Notes under the pieces: model-generated | Told to the model about the DNA's origin: nothing | Database searches by the model: none | What the model saw: the letters and a program-made list of their open reading frames with translations, nothing else | Made by a program: the position numbers and the translations under genes | From: a virus | Taxonomy: Duplodnaviria > Caudoviricetes | Length of the DNA stretch: 64,000 nt | IMG/VR virus record: IMGVR_UViG_3300029288_000076 | Location: 64,001-128,000 of that record | Reading direction: 5' to 3' (one strand) | Shown here: one piece after another, positions 1 through 11,927 of the stretch | Numbering within the stretch: the first letter of the stretch is position 1 | How the letters are laid out: every line of letters begins with the position of its first letter

Positions 1-14
1 TTAATAAGTACTTC

Positions 15-30
15 TTAAAATATAATATAA
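15..30 (+). promoter_or_regulatory. Phage promoter motif copy (TTAAAATATAATATAA) upstream of thg1
   Basis: Same AAAA-TATAAT-ATA core as the repeated motif at 20394, 26533, 39301, 45169, 50166 and 51138 (- strand). Confidence 0.6.
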
Positions 31-46
31 CAAAAGGAAACTAAAA

Positions 47-748
47 ATGAGAAAAGATAATCTTGGTAATAGAATGAAAGAAAATTATGAAAATCGCTAT
101 AGGATGAAACTTCAACGCCGTACACCGGTAATTATTCGACTTGACGGTAAAGCTTTTCATACTTTAACAAGAAAATGTATTAAGCCATTTGATGAACATT
201 TCTCAGAAAGTATGCTAATTACTGCAAAATATCTATGCTCTGAGATTCAAGGATGCAAATGTGCTTATATTCAGTCTGATGAGATTTCATTGCTCTTAAC
301 TGATTTTGATACATTTGAAACAGAAGCATGGTTTGATTATAATATTCAAAAGATAACTTCTGTTTCTGCAGCAACTGCATCTATAATCTTTTCTAATTCA
401 TTCTTTGATAAATGGGGTATTGCCGTATTTGATAGCAGAGCATTTAATATTCCAAAAGAAGAAGTTCATAATTACTTCTTATGGAGACAACTTGATTGGG
501 TTAGAAATTCTATTCAAATGCTTGCTCAAGCTAATTTTTCTCATAAAGAACTCCATGGTAAGAATAGCTCTGATATGCACGAAATGCTTCATACTAAAAA
601 TATTAATTGGACATATTTACAACCTAAATGGAAAAATGGAGTCTTTATTATTAAAAGACAAATTGAAGGCTGGGCAGTGGTTGATGATATAAATTTGAAA
701 GAAAAGAAAAATGTCTTTGATAGATTTCTCTATGAGGTACAGGAGTAG
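47..748 (+). CDS. thg1: tRNA(His) guanylyltransferase Thg1 / Thg1-like 3'-5' polymerase
   Basis: Motifs IIRLDGKAFH, YIQSDEISLL, VFDSRAF, YFLWRQLD..RNSI; 233 aa. Confidence 0.95.
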   Translation: MRKDNLGNRMKENYENRYRMKLQRRTPVIIRLDGKAFHTLTRKCIKPFDEHFSESMLITAKYLCSEIQGCKCAYIQSDEISLLLTDFDTFETEAWFDYNIQKITSVSAATASIIFSNSFFDKWGIAVFDSRAFNIPKEEVHNYFLWRQLDWVRNSIQMLAQANFSHKELHGKNSSDMHEMLHTKNINWTYLQPKWKNGVFIIKRQIEGWAVVDDINLKEKKNVFDRFLYEVQE

Positions 749-955
749 TAAAATGGAAAACAAAAAGTGTATTATCTGTGGTAATAAAATTCCCTATTTG
801 AACTACATGAATTATAATAAGATTTCAAAAAGAAATTATTACCATGTTGGTTGTGTATTAGAATATGAAGATAAAAATAAATTTGAAAGACTATTTCTAA
901 AGCTTGTTTACAAAGTAAAAGTTTTCTTTATTTCTATTAAAAGGGGATTTAAAAA

Positions 956-1378
956 ATGAAAAAAATTACAAAAGAAGATCTTATTCCTATTGAAGAACGC
1001 CGAGCGCCTTATCTGCCTGGATGTAGATATGCTAAATTTGGAGGACCAATTCTGAGAGTTGAGAATTCTAAGCACACATGTTCAACTGGAAAAGTATCAA
1101 AAAAGGCTCAAGCATTTGTTTATAACAAAGAAATGTGGCCAGAAGATTATACGAAAGACGGAGCTATCTTTGAAGCCTTTAAAATAAGAGGTCTTAATGA
1201 CGGAGCATTTGTGCTGTCTCCCACAAACACAATGACTCCATCCACCCTTCAAATGTCTCTACAAGGAAAGCAGACATTTCTTCTTTTTAAGCAGTTCTTT
1301 GAGAAGATCCCTCATGGAACAGTCTTCAAGGGTCAATACGATGAAAATGAAGGATGGATTGTATTTGAGAAAATTTAA
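956..1378 (+). CDS. Hypothetical protein
   Basis: 140 aa ORF with AGGGG upstream, overlapping the previous stop. Confidence 0.6.
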   Translation: MKKITKEDLIPIEERRAPYLPGCRYAKFGGPILRVENSKHTCSTGKVSKKAQAFVYNKEMWPEDYTKDGAIFEAFKIRGLNDGAFVLSPTNTMTPSTLQMSLQGKQTFLLFKQFFEKIPHGTVFKGQYDENEGWIVFEKI

Positions 1379-1381
1379 GTA

Positions 1382-1485
1382 GCTTTATAGAAAGCATTTT
1401 GCTTTAGGTTTAACCTAGCAACTATCGGAGTTAGTATTTTAAGAATAATCACCTTGATATAAAGTGAAATGCTTTTTATTAAAGT
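1382..1485 (+). ncRNA. Candidate structured ncRNA or cis-element (20-bp closing stem enclosing small hairpins)
   Basis: 1387-1406 pairs fully with 1460-1479, including three G-U wobbles on the + strand; internal mini-hairpins. Confidence 0.5.
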
Positions 1486-1580
1486 CATTTGAAGATTAAA
1501 AATTTATAATATTAAAATAGTTTATTTCTTCTTTAAAGTTATATATAATATAACTAAAGATAAAGAAATAGGAGAAATAA

Positions 1581-2024
1581 ATGTTCACCCTTTACAAAAG
1601 AACTTTCGTTTTCTATCCTGAAAAAAGAGAAACTTTCAAGGTAGAATCGTCTGAAGATTTTTGGATGCTTGCGGAAAAAATGGAAAAACTCAATAACAAA
1701 TCTGATGAGTTCTTTTACTTTATTATTGAAGAAGATAAAGTAAATGAAGAAACTCTTCCTGCAGAAGTTGTTGAGAAACTCGCCGAAGTCAAAAAAGTAG
1801 AAGAGCGCAATCACAAAAATGGCAAGATCACCGAAGCTTGGCTCAACAACATGATCGGTGAAGTAAAGTACCAGGTCATGAATGTGATCATGAAAAAGAA
1901 GTTTGACATGATCAAGATCAACAACGAAATCTTCGTCGTCAAAACAAATCATAGAGGAATTGAGCGAAACAAGAAAATGAAAATGGAAACACTCATCAGA
2001 GATTACAGACTTTTGAGTGCTTAG
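1581..2024 (+). CDS. Hypothetical protein, probably highly expressed early gene
   Basis: AGGAG SD, TATAATATAA motif at ~1544-1553, C/G-ending codons (AAC, ATC, AAG) unlike neighbours. Confidence 0.7.
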   Translation: MFTLYKRTFVFYPEKRETFKVESSEDFWMLAEKMEKLNNKSDEFFYFIIEEDKVNEETLPAEVVEKLAEVKKVEERNHKNGKITEAWLNNMIGEVKYQVMNVIMKKKFDMIKINNEIFVVKTNHRGIERNKKMKMETLIRDYRLLSA

Positions 2025-2274
2025 GAGAGAAAAATGGTAAGATATGGACAATGGTCTTCATTTAAAGATATGTCAAATGAAGAAGCAGTTGAAGAAATAA
2101 AAGATATTGAAGGTCGTATAAGAGAATATAAAAGATGTGCACAAAACTATTTAAAGTATATAAGCTTTAATAGTCCTATGGTGTCTTTAAATCTTGAACA
2201 AATTCTTAACTCAGATATCAAGCATCTTGTTGATGAAATAAAACGATTAAGAAAATTAAAATAAAGGGGATAAA

Positions 2275-2862
2275 ATGCTTAACATTCCAGCCAACAAAAT
2301 AGGTGATTGGTCTGTAGACCATTACGAAGTCACTAAAGAAGAAGCTTCTTTCTATAATATGAGAGCTGCAATGAATAGAGATATGTGGGGAAGAATTAAA
2401 CCCGGAACATATACTCGACTTATTAGAAAAAATACTGTTGTAATGTCTGATACTCCTTCTGAGCTTTATGCTCTCAATAGACTTAATCATTGTCCTAGAA
2501 AAAAGCTGCTTATAACTGGATTAGGTCTTGGTTGTGCTGTAAGAAATGCATTTGCTGAAAGCTGTAATACTAAGCCTTCTGAAAAAGTTGTAGTAATTGA
2601 AAAATCTCTTGAAGTGATTGAACTTGTAGGAAAACAATTATTAGAAGAATATAAAGATCGGCTCTTTATTATTAACGGTGATGCCTTTGAGATTAGATTT
2701 AAAAAAGATATTATCTTTGATTTTGGTTGGCATGATATCTGGGATACAATATGTGCTGATCATTGGCCCGAGATAAAAAAGCTAAAAGCTAGATTTAGAA
2801 TAAACTGTAAGGCACAAGCTGCTTGGATGGATTGGAAAATGAAAATGGAGTACATAAAATGA
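2275..2862 (+). CDS. SAM-dependent methyltransferase / spermidine synthase-like fold protein
   Basis: VVMSDTPSE, LLITGLGLG (motif I), VVVIEKS..VIELV, IINGDAF, FDFGWHDIW. Confidence 0.8.
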   Translation: MLNIPANKIGDWSVDHYEVTKEEASFYNMRAAMNRDMWGRIKPGTYTRLIRKNTVVMSDTPSELYALNRLNHCPRKKLLITGLGLGCAVRNAFAESCNTKPSEKVVVIEKSLEVIELVGKQLLEEYKDRLFIINGDAFEIRFKKDIIFDFGWHDIWDTICADHWPEIKKLKARFRINCKAQAAWMDWKMKMEYIK

Positions 2863-5800
2863 TCAACAAACCTACAATTGGAATGATAGTAAAAGTAAAT
2901 GATGAATGTAATAGCCCTGAAAAGTATAAAGGTTCTATTGGGACTATAGTTGAAGTAAGTGAAAGTGGTTATTTCAAAATAGAATTGAATGATAATTCTA
3001 AGATTACTCAGATTCATGAACCAACATGCGTAGATGAAATTACTTTTGAGTTTATTTCAATTCATAAATTAGGTGCCTGGACTGGGCTGTTAATTAATGA
3101 TATTATAGACTACCAAACATCTCGTAGAGGACATTTTTATGAACTACAAATAACTCGTGAAACAGGTAAAACAGAAACTATCACAATGTATGATAAAGAT
3201 GCATTGCATAATGCTATACAGCAACTTGACACTGCCTTTATAGGACCAACAATTCTTGTAGAACGAAATGAATGGCACCAACCTCCTTCTTTAAAAGGAT
3301 TGCGTGGGAAGATATCAGAACGTTCTGGAGTACTTGTGTTTACTTCTCCAGATAAACTTGAAGTAGGAGACAGAATTAAGATCGATAGTATTTATTACTA
3401 CATATTTAACATGATCCATAATACAAACGGAAGAACAGATTATTATTTAAATGAAAAATATTAAGGAAAATAATAATGACTAATGAAGAAAAAATCTTAA
3501 GAGAAATTGCAGAACTCACTTCTAAATATGTCAATAAATATGGTTATGCAGTTTCAAAAGAAAAGAGCACTGATAAATACGTATATGTTCTTCTAGGTTA
3601 CACTCAAGCACTTGTTGAATTAAGAACTAAACTAGAAGAGAAATATGGAATTGAAATTCCAGCAGAATACTTTCCGGAGTAGAAAATGCCTAAGAAGCTT
3701 ACTCTTGACAAAGAAGCAACAAGAATTTTAAGAGAAGAAATGCTTTACGTAGATCCTAACGAAAAGAGATGTAAAGATTGTAGAGGAAGTATTCACCATA
3801 ATATAGGGTGTGTTACTATCCTTGTTTGCTATTATGCTATTCAGGTAAATAAAAAATTTCAAAGTCATCATACTACTATGACTCCGTTGTTTCAAGTAGA
3901 TCCAAATGGCACTTGTAAAGATTTTGCTAAAAAAGGAAAATATGAAGAATAAGAAATGAAAAAGACATCTAAATACTATTCGCAGTTAGCACAAAAAATA
4001 GGCGGAATAATGATTGCTGCCGGGCTTAAAGGATTTGTTGCTCCTTATGCTATACAAAGAACAAGAGCTGGGCACTGGCAGCGTGCGCTCGGAGCGTGGT
4101 CGTTTGTACTTGTTGATTTCTACGACAGAGAGGTTGTTGGATCGCAATATAGCGCCACGACAATAGTAAAGCATTATCCGTTACCTGGCGCTTACATATC
4201 AATAGAATATGGCAAATATGTTATTGATGTAGAATTAAAAATAACTTAAAAATATTAAAATAAAATTCTAATCTTCAGAGTTTTAAACTATTATTGCAAA
4301 GAAGAAAAACTAATATTTTAAAAGTTATAGAAGAACTAGAAAAATATATAAAGGAGGCCTTCAATCATGATTCAGATAACAGAAGAAGAATACAAATACT
4401 GCTCTGAGATGAAAGAACAATTACCAAAACTTGAAAAAGAACTCATTCTAAAAAAAGAAGCGTTAGAAATTGAAAAGGAAAATATTATTGAAAAGAACGA
4501 AGTAATCTCAAAATTATTTGAAGCCTTAAGATTAGAAACAGAAAAACGAAAAATGTGCTGGGAAACAATAAAAAATGTCAAAAAATCAAACAGTTCTGCA
4601 GAAGTTTCTGAAATTATTTCTAATCATGAAAAGAAATATAAAAAGCAGTTTGGTTTAGAAACTTTTGATAAGGAGTAAAAAATGAAAGTAACTATTATAT
4701 ATATTGTTTTTTCTTTTGGTTGTTTTTTCTGTGGCTACTTCGCGTATTCAGAAAAAATCTTATATTTTAGTCTTGTTCTTATCCCAACCTGTATATCTTC
4801 ATATCTATTAGGAAGATATATAGGAAAACTTGAGAACACAATAAAAGAACAAGCTGAACTTATCAAAAACTTATTTCAAAATAGAGGATAATTAAAATGA
4901 AAGCTTTTAAAGCAAGCGAACATTATGATGAAATGCAGTTGACTGATGAATTATCTTTGTTACAAATGCTAGACGGCTGGTACTTTTTCAATTTTAGAAC
5001 AAAAGAATCTTCTTTCCTGACGTATAAAAATCCTGAAAATGCCCTTGAAGATTTTAGCAATGGCAAAGTAATTTTTAAAAAGGAAGTATAAAATGATTAT
5101 CAAAGATGAAAATAAAATGTTTTGCGGTTCTTATGACGTTGCCCTCATTATGCACGATATAACTAAAAACACTTACCACGCTACTTTTTTCGAAGAGCAT
5201 CCTATGCCAGGTCCCATAGACCCTAATCCTACTTTTATTCGACTCAAAAGCAAAATGCATCACACAATTGGATCACCTACTTTTGAAGGTGCTCTTGTTC
5301 ATCTTGAAGAACTAACTAAACAACTTAATATTAAGGAAAAGAACATTTTCAGAAAAGCTTTTACTTGGGATGGGCGATTAGGTATAACTGTTTTAGCAAA
5401 CGTTTTAGAAGATAGAACCATAGAAATAGCTTGGCCATTTACTTATGAAAAGGTAGAAAAATGACTATAGTAAATCACATAATGGCCAATATTGAAATTT
5501 ACTCAGATATTATAATAGCTGCTGTTGGCTTCTTAATGGGAATAATTATTGGAATGGAAATACAAGAGAAGTTTCCTAATAAGGAGAAATAAAAATGCTT
5601 CCCTCAAACAAAAAAGAAGATTACTTTACTAGAAAGCTTTCTTTTCTTCAGTCTTTTGTAAAGAATAGAATGCCTCCTGATCAAGAAAAGATAAAAGACT
5701 ATATTCTTGAAGAAATAGAAACTTTTTATCGCTCAACGATAAGGTAGAAAAATGAAAACTTTTTATGTTACTATCAAATCAGATTTTAATTATGGTAATA

Positions 5801-6296
5801 ATTTTGATGAAAGACCATTTTGTCTATTTCAAGCAACGAATAAAGAAGAAGCTTTAAAGTTACTCAATCACAAATATGTTTGTGAATTCGATGAAAAATT
5901 TGAAGCAGTTGAAATTCCTGTAACATTTAATGACCCTAATTTAAAATTTATTGAGTTGAATTAAAATGAATACAATACTTAAAAAGAAATGGATCTATCT
6001 AAAACTATTCTTACAATGGGAAGAAGCTCAAACAATAGAAGATATAGCTAATAAACACTGTATTCTATGTAAAAGTGTTAGTGATTATTGTTTGGCTTGC
6101 AAACAATTATACGGAAAAGATCTTGGATTCTGTGATAACAATATCTATTCAAGATATTGCAATGTATTTTATGGAAACCATAGTCGGTTTTCAGTTATGC
6201 ATAATCCTCTTTCTGATCGGCAAAAAAACTTTCTTGCATTTAGAAAAGCATTACTGAAAAGATTACTTTATCTTATCTTTATTAGTTGGAAGTAAA

Positions 6297-6518
6297 ATGC
6301 GAAAAGAATATGAAATTAAAATTTATCAGAAGTGTAAGCATTGTAACGGACGAAAAATCGTAAGAGATTATGTCCCTAATAATTCTGTGTTTTCTATGGG
6401 GTCTAGAGCTTGGGATCATGAATGTGATGCTTGCAATGGAACTGGTAAAGTATTAATAGATTTAAAAGAATTAGATAATATAAGCAAATTTGAAAAGCTT
6501 CTTTGTAATGAAAAATAA
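6297..6518 (+). CDS. DnaJ-type zinc-finger small protein
   Basis: CKHCNG ... CDACNGTG. Confidence 0.6.
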   Translation: MRKEYEIKIYQKCKHCNGRKIVRDYVPNNSVFSMGSRAWDHECDACNGTGKVLIDLKELDNISKFEKLLCNEK

Positions 6519-8010
6519 AATGAAATTATTTAATAATTTGTTATTTATTATTTGTTTTTTGCTATTTGGCACATGCATTTTCTTTTTAACGTTATTTACG
6601 ATAGTAGAATTTAGAAGTATACCTGCAGTAATTTGGATGTCTATAGCTACAATTTTTGCAATTTACACTATATTTCTGACAGGTTCGTCGATAGACTATT
6701 TTAAAAGGAATAGAAAATGATAGGATACTATATTAGCATTTCTTTAGAATGGCCAATCTTTTATTATATAGTTAAAAAGTCTGGCAAAAATAACTCACTA
6801 CAAAAATATGATCTAGATCCATATCAAAGAAAGATAATAGAAGATGGAGATTGGATGATTGCTATGAGTTTCTATTGTATTAGAATTGCAATAGGAAGAA
6901 AGGTTTAGGATATTATAATATGAAAATATTTAGATTACATGAATTTTTCTGGTCATTTCCATTTTCTATGAATGAAGGAAATCCTGAAATAAGAAAGTGG
7001 GAAATTGATTCATTGAGTAATGAATTTACTAGGTTATATACAGCTAGCAGAGGACCTTATGGTAAATATTATGGTATTGGATTTTATGCTATTTGGTTTC
7101 CAGAAAAAATTATAAACAAAGGCAAACACCATGGATATTAAACTATTGGCTTGTTGTACTATTTTTGTTATTTCTTTTGCTGGATTTCTAGGATTTGCTC
7201 TTGCTTTAATTCTAATAAGAGTAAAATGCGGGAAAAATAGATAGGATGAAAGCTTAATGACTTTAACAATTAAGGAAAAGAAAGTGCTTAAAGATATTAT
7301 TTATGATTTAAATGCTTTAAGCAAGCGAATGTGCCTTCTTAACCCAAATGATTATGAACTTAAAGGCTTAGGCGCTGACGTAGCAGCAATAGGATTACAA
7401 CTAGAAGATAAATTAGAGGAGATATAATATGACTTATAACATCTATAATCTACAAACTTGTAAGTTACTTTATTCTTTTAAGGCTAAAAATAACAGCGAA
7501 GCTATAAAAATAGCAGATGAACAAATAAAACTCTTGTTTGAGGAGAAGTAAAATGAAATATAAAAATGATTATAAGGAAACAATAGAATATCTTACTGCA
7601 ATAAGCGTCTCTTCTTTGTTCACTGGAATAATTTTCTATTCATTAGGCATCTACAACCAAATAGTTATTTTGAAATTTCTGGGTAATTTAATTCTTGGAG
7701 TTCCTATAGGAATAATTATTGGTACTTTTGTAAACAGAAACAAATGGAAGGTGTAAAATGGGAAAGCAACTTATAAATGTTCGTGTTACTGCTAGTCAAC
7801 AGGGTATAGACGCTTATTACAATATACCAGTTGACAAAGGCGTTTACGTTCAGGTTGACAATGCTTATGTTGGCGTAAGAGTCTATGTTCATGAAAATGA
7901 TGAAGGAAAAGTAAAAGTTAGAGTTGAAAGATCTGGCGGCTGGTACGGTGGTGGATATAAAACAATCTTAGAAGAAATTGATGAAGAACCTAATTTGAAG
8001 GAGAAGAAAA

Positions 8011-8538
8011 ATGTTAACACTTAACATTTACAATGTCGATGAAAACACCACGAAACTTTCTTGGAAGGAGGAGTGTAGTTCTTGTAAAGGAACTGGCCTT
8101 TATGTAGGAATGGCAGAACATAATGGAGCTGCTATTCAATGTTATAACTGTAAAGGAAAAGGAGAAAAAGAAATAGTTATTTACATTAAATCTTTTACTG
8201 GAAGAAAGACACATTCTAAACCTATCAAAAGAGTATTTGAGAATAATCCAGGAATCTTCATTGGAGAAAATGAAGATCTAAAACTGGAAGATTTTGGTGG
8301 TCTTAGTTATGATGAATGGAATAATAGACAACATAAGAGTTTGCCTTTCCCTAAAGGCTTAGAAGACAGAAAACATATTTGCCCCTCTTGGTGGTTTATG
8401 TTAGGGGTTGGTCCACACAGCACTTTTTGCAAGTGGGATCACGGAGCTGGTAGAACTTATAGTAGCTGCCCTTATTTTGAAACTAAAGATATGTGTTGGA
8501 AAGCTTATGATGAAGAACAAATTGAAAAGGAGAAGTAA
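8011..8538 (+). CDS. DnaJ-type zinc-finger domain protein
   Basis: CSSCKGTG ... CYNCKGKG plus C-terminal Cys cluster. Confidence 0.6.
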   Translation: MLTLNIYNVDENTTKLSWKEECSSCKGTGLYVGMAEHNGAAIQCYNCKGKGEKEIVIYIKSFTGRKTHSKPIKRVFENNPGIFIGENEDLKLEDFGGLSYDEWNNRQHKSLPFPKGLEDRKHICPSWWFMLGVGPHSTFCKWDHGAGRTYSSCPYFETKDMCWKAYDEEQIEKEK

Positions 8539-9598
8539 AAATGATTAAGAAACTATTTGAAAAGGTAATTAATTACTTTAAGGAGTTTTCTATGAAGAAA
8601 GAAGTTAAAGAAGTATCACAAAAAGATGTAATCAAATTCATGGCTGATTGGACAAAGAAGTTTGAAAATGTTAAGAAAAGCAAAGATGGCTGGAGCACAC
8701 TATACCCAATCCTTTCTTTCAAGGGAGACGAGATTAGAATCAATCTTTACAACGCTCCGACTATTGATGTAGATATTAATAATATAGAGCAGATTGTTCT
8801 TTGTAGGAACTTCCTGGACGCTGTTATTAAAAAGTTTAGTTAGGAATAAAAAATGCTTAATGAACTTCTTCAAAATGTTTCTTGGTTTAACCCAGATGAG
8901 ATAGCTTCTATTTCTAAATCAATAGAATTAATATTAGAAATAGATAAGGAAATTATTGATGATATAATCTATTCAGAATTAGAAAATACACTGTAAATTT
9001 TTCTTTTAAAAGCCTTTCAGCTATCTTGAAAGGCTTTTTCTTTTTTTAATTTATCAACCACTTCTTGAAAGAAATCAATCATTAAATCAATATCATCTAC
9101 TTCTACATAAATGCAATCGCCTTCTACTTCATCAGAAACCACTAACCAAAAAATATTTTCCTTATCTTTTACTAAAGATAAATCAGCTAATTGTGTATCA
9201 GATTCATATTTAACAATAACTTCATCACTTTCAATTTCTTCATAGTTACGCCACATAATTAGTCCTCCTAAAACTTTATTGTAGTCATTTCTTTAATAGC
9301 ATCTTTAGGTTTCACTTTTTTCTTCTTTATTTTAGAAATTGCATTTGCACAATGCTCAATCACTTCTGTTCTTAAAGGAAACTCAAGATTATAAAATTTA
9401 TCAAAAATTCTTTCATATCTTTCTTCGCCTATTGTCCTTCTTTTTAATTGACTTAAATAATATAAAGCAATAAAAGTATGGTAACAAAGATATTTAAAGT
9501 AATGTTTCCAAGTAACATATTTGTTCTTCAGCATTGGCTTAATTTGACCATGTTGAGAAGTGTTAAAAAACACTCTAACAAAAACCATTTTCATAGTT

Positions 9599-10147
9599 TT
9601 ACTCCTTTTCAAAATGTAAGAAATCACACGGAAATAAAATATCTGCTTTTTTTGTTTTAAAAGTTATCATATAAACATGATTAGAACTAAAAAGTTTTTT
9701 AATTAGTTTCTCGTCTTCAATTAAATGTAAAGCAACTAGTCTATTTGTTCCATCAACAACAAGATTTAAATGTCTTTTTAAATCATAACAAACTAAAATT
9801 TCTATAGGCTTAGAAAAACTTTCTTTTTCTTTCCAAGAAGATAAGAAGTTATTTACCTTAGTTGGCTTAGAGATAATTTCTTCTTTCAAGTTACTTATAT
9901 AGTTTTTAACAAGCCAGGTATTCTTAGAATTCCACCACTTTTCTTCTTTATTCTTAGGCCAAAGCAAACGATAATTTTGTGTAATTTTTATAAAATCAGA
10001 ATAAGAAAACATTTCTAAAATGCATTCTCCAGTTATATCTAACGAAAGTAAATCATAACCCCTTTCTCTAACCATTAAATCAACAATATTATTAGGACCT
10101 ATAAACGGTAATCTGCTAAGGAATAACTCAGGATTTACTTTTATCAT
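9599..10147 (-). CDS. ParB/Sulfiredoxin-like domain protein
   Basis: PIEILV...LVVDGTNRLVAL resembles the ParB-N DGxHR motif. Confidence 0.45.
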   Translation of the reverse strand: MIKVNPELFLSRLPFIGPNNIVDLMVRERGYDLLSLDITGECILEMFSYSDFIKITQNYRLLWPKNKEEKWWNSKNTWLVKNYISNLKEEIISKPTKVNNFLSSWKEKESFSKPIEILVCYDLKRHLNLVVDGTNRLVALHLIEDEKLIKKLFSSNHVYMITFKTKKADILFPCDFLHFEKE

Positions 10148-10370
10148 ACTCTTTCCAACCTATTTTAATAAATGCTTCTATCCATAAAAATTTTAATCCT
10201 ACTCTAATATGACTATACATCCACCGGCTACAAAACACTTCCTTTAATTTATTTTGATAATGTATTTTAATAGTTGGAATAAGAAACCACTCATCTGTAA
10301 TTTCACCTTGCAAAACAATGTAGCTACCTAATCTAAAAAGTTTTATAGCATAATCCATTTTTATATCCTT

Positions 10371-11927
10371 TTAAATATTTCCATAACCCATCCACACTTT
10401 AGGCGGACCTCCTGTCAACCAGCTATATACAGCATATCTGCAAACGTCTGGTGAATGATCATTCAATTTTAATGGGTTACCTTCCTTTGATGGCTTACCG
10501 TCTAACAACTGAGGCCATGCATATAACTTCATTTCTCTGATCATATTAGGAACTTTACTTTTAAAGAAATACATCTTAGACCTACCGTCTCTAACTTCCA
10601 ATAAGCCATTCACTTTATCGATGCCCATGCGTATATCTTTCTTAGCAGTAAGCGTTATTATTCTATTAGGTGGTGCTTCTAGTTCTTTTCTATCCTGAGC
10701 ATCATGATCTGAAAAACAATATTCCCCAAACTTATAACGTGGAGATGCTTTAATATGCATAGCATGGTTAGCTAAAAGATCACCTTGAGTACTATAATAT
10801 TCCCAAAACCAAAACCAATACCCATCTGGACTTATAGCTGCTTTGGCATAGACAAATGGATGACCAGGACTTGAACCAAAATCTATAGCAGATACTATAG
10901 TCCAATCATCTGGTATTTCAAACTCCTTCTCAGGTGGTATCTCATGGATCTGAGGGTTCCAGCAGCTATATACTAATACCTCACCAGATGGAATTTCATT
11001 TAGCCATTCTGAACGCCATACATGATCATCGTGCTCTAGTACTTTTGCTATAAAATCCTGTATCTTATAAAAACCATTACTTTGATGAGCAAGTCCATTA
11101 CATCTAAAAAACGCTGGACAATCTCCGTAATCTTTATCTCCTACACATTCCCTTTCACAGCGCTCTACAGCAGTAAATATATTCCATTGATACACTGCTA
11201 TATTCTTTTCGTCAGCTTCATTGAGAAGCCTATTCATGGGTCCATCTGCGTGTTGCCTTGTAGAAGTAAATATATTTTGACCTAATATTCTACCATCTGC
11301 AGAAGACATGGCCATAGCAACACCAGTCTGTAAAACATTCCAGTCCATTTCATCAATTTCGTCTATGATATTTTTATTAGGGTGACCAGAACGCAGACCT
11401 TTTTTACTTCCAGTAATAACATGATACCAAGATTTATTTTTATGATGAATCTCGTTTTTTGTAGGATCTGAAGAAAGACCTTCGGCTAGAACTTCATTAT
11501 CATTATATATTGATGTAAAGTAGAAATGACCCCGTGTTGCCTGATCACGAGTTGCTCCAGCATGAGTAGTTTCGCAACCTGGTTTAAATTCAAAATTTAA
11601 ATGGTCAAGGATTGAAGAATCAAATGTTTTGCCACCAGATCTATTAGCAAACATAAGACCTGAAGATACTCGCTCAAAGAACAAATCACAAATTGCAGTA
11701 AAAGGTGCTTGATGCTCTGGTAAAGATGGGTGGACTTCTCTAGGGATTTTTATACCAAGAACTAACCAAATATAATCATATAATTCATCATCAGTCTTTG
11801 GAGGATGCTCCAGGAAGTGTCTGGTGAAATCGAGAACGTACCTTTTTTCTGTTTCTGAAAGCTTTCGGCGATTGTTTTCATATTCAGCGCGAAGTTTCTT
11901 ATTGAGTTCTAGTTGATGTTGGTCCAT
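10371..11927 (-). CDS. terL: Terminase large subunit
   Basis: Walker A ANRSGGKT, Walker B IIDEID, motif III FTST, RNase H-like nuclease AIDFG...SDHD...NDHSPDVCRYAV. Confidence 0.9.
   Translation of the reverse strand: MDQHQLELNKKLRAEYENNRRKLSETEKRYVLDFTRHFLEHPPKTDDELYDYIWLVLGIKIPREVHPSLPEHQAPFTAICDLFFERVSSGLMFANRSGGKTFDSSILDHLNFEFKPGCETTHAGATRDQATRGHFYFTSIYNDNEVLAEGLSSDPTKNEIHHKNKSWYHVITGSKKGLRSGHPNKNIIDEIDEMDWNVLQTGVAMAMSSADGRILGQNIFTSTRQHADGPMNRLLNEADEKNIAVYQWNIFTAVERCERECVGDKDYGDCPAFFRCNGLAHQSNGFYKIQDFIAKVLEHDDHVWRSEWLNEIPSGEVLVYSCWNPQIHEIPPEKEFEIPDDWTIVSAIDFGSSPGHPFVYAKAAISPDGYWFWFWEYYSTQGDLLANHAMHIKASPRYKFGEYCFSDHDAQDRKELEAPPNRIITLTAKKDIRMGIDKVNGLLEVRDGRSKMYFFKSKVPNMIREMKLYAWPQLLDGKPSKEGNPLKLNDHSPDVCRYAVYSWLTGGPPKVWMGYGNI

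Larger units (their letters stand above)
2859..8995 (+). other. Cluster of about 25 short, tightly coupled + strand hypothetical ORFs (some Zn-finger or membrane proteins)
   Basis: Consecutive ORFs with AAAATG starts and overlapping stop/start codons; no recognisable families. Confidence 0.7.
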
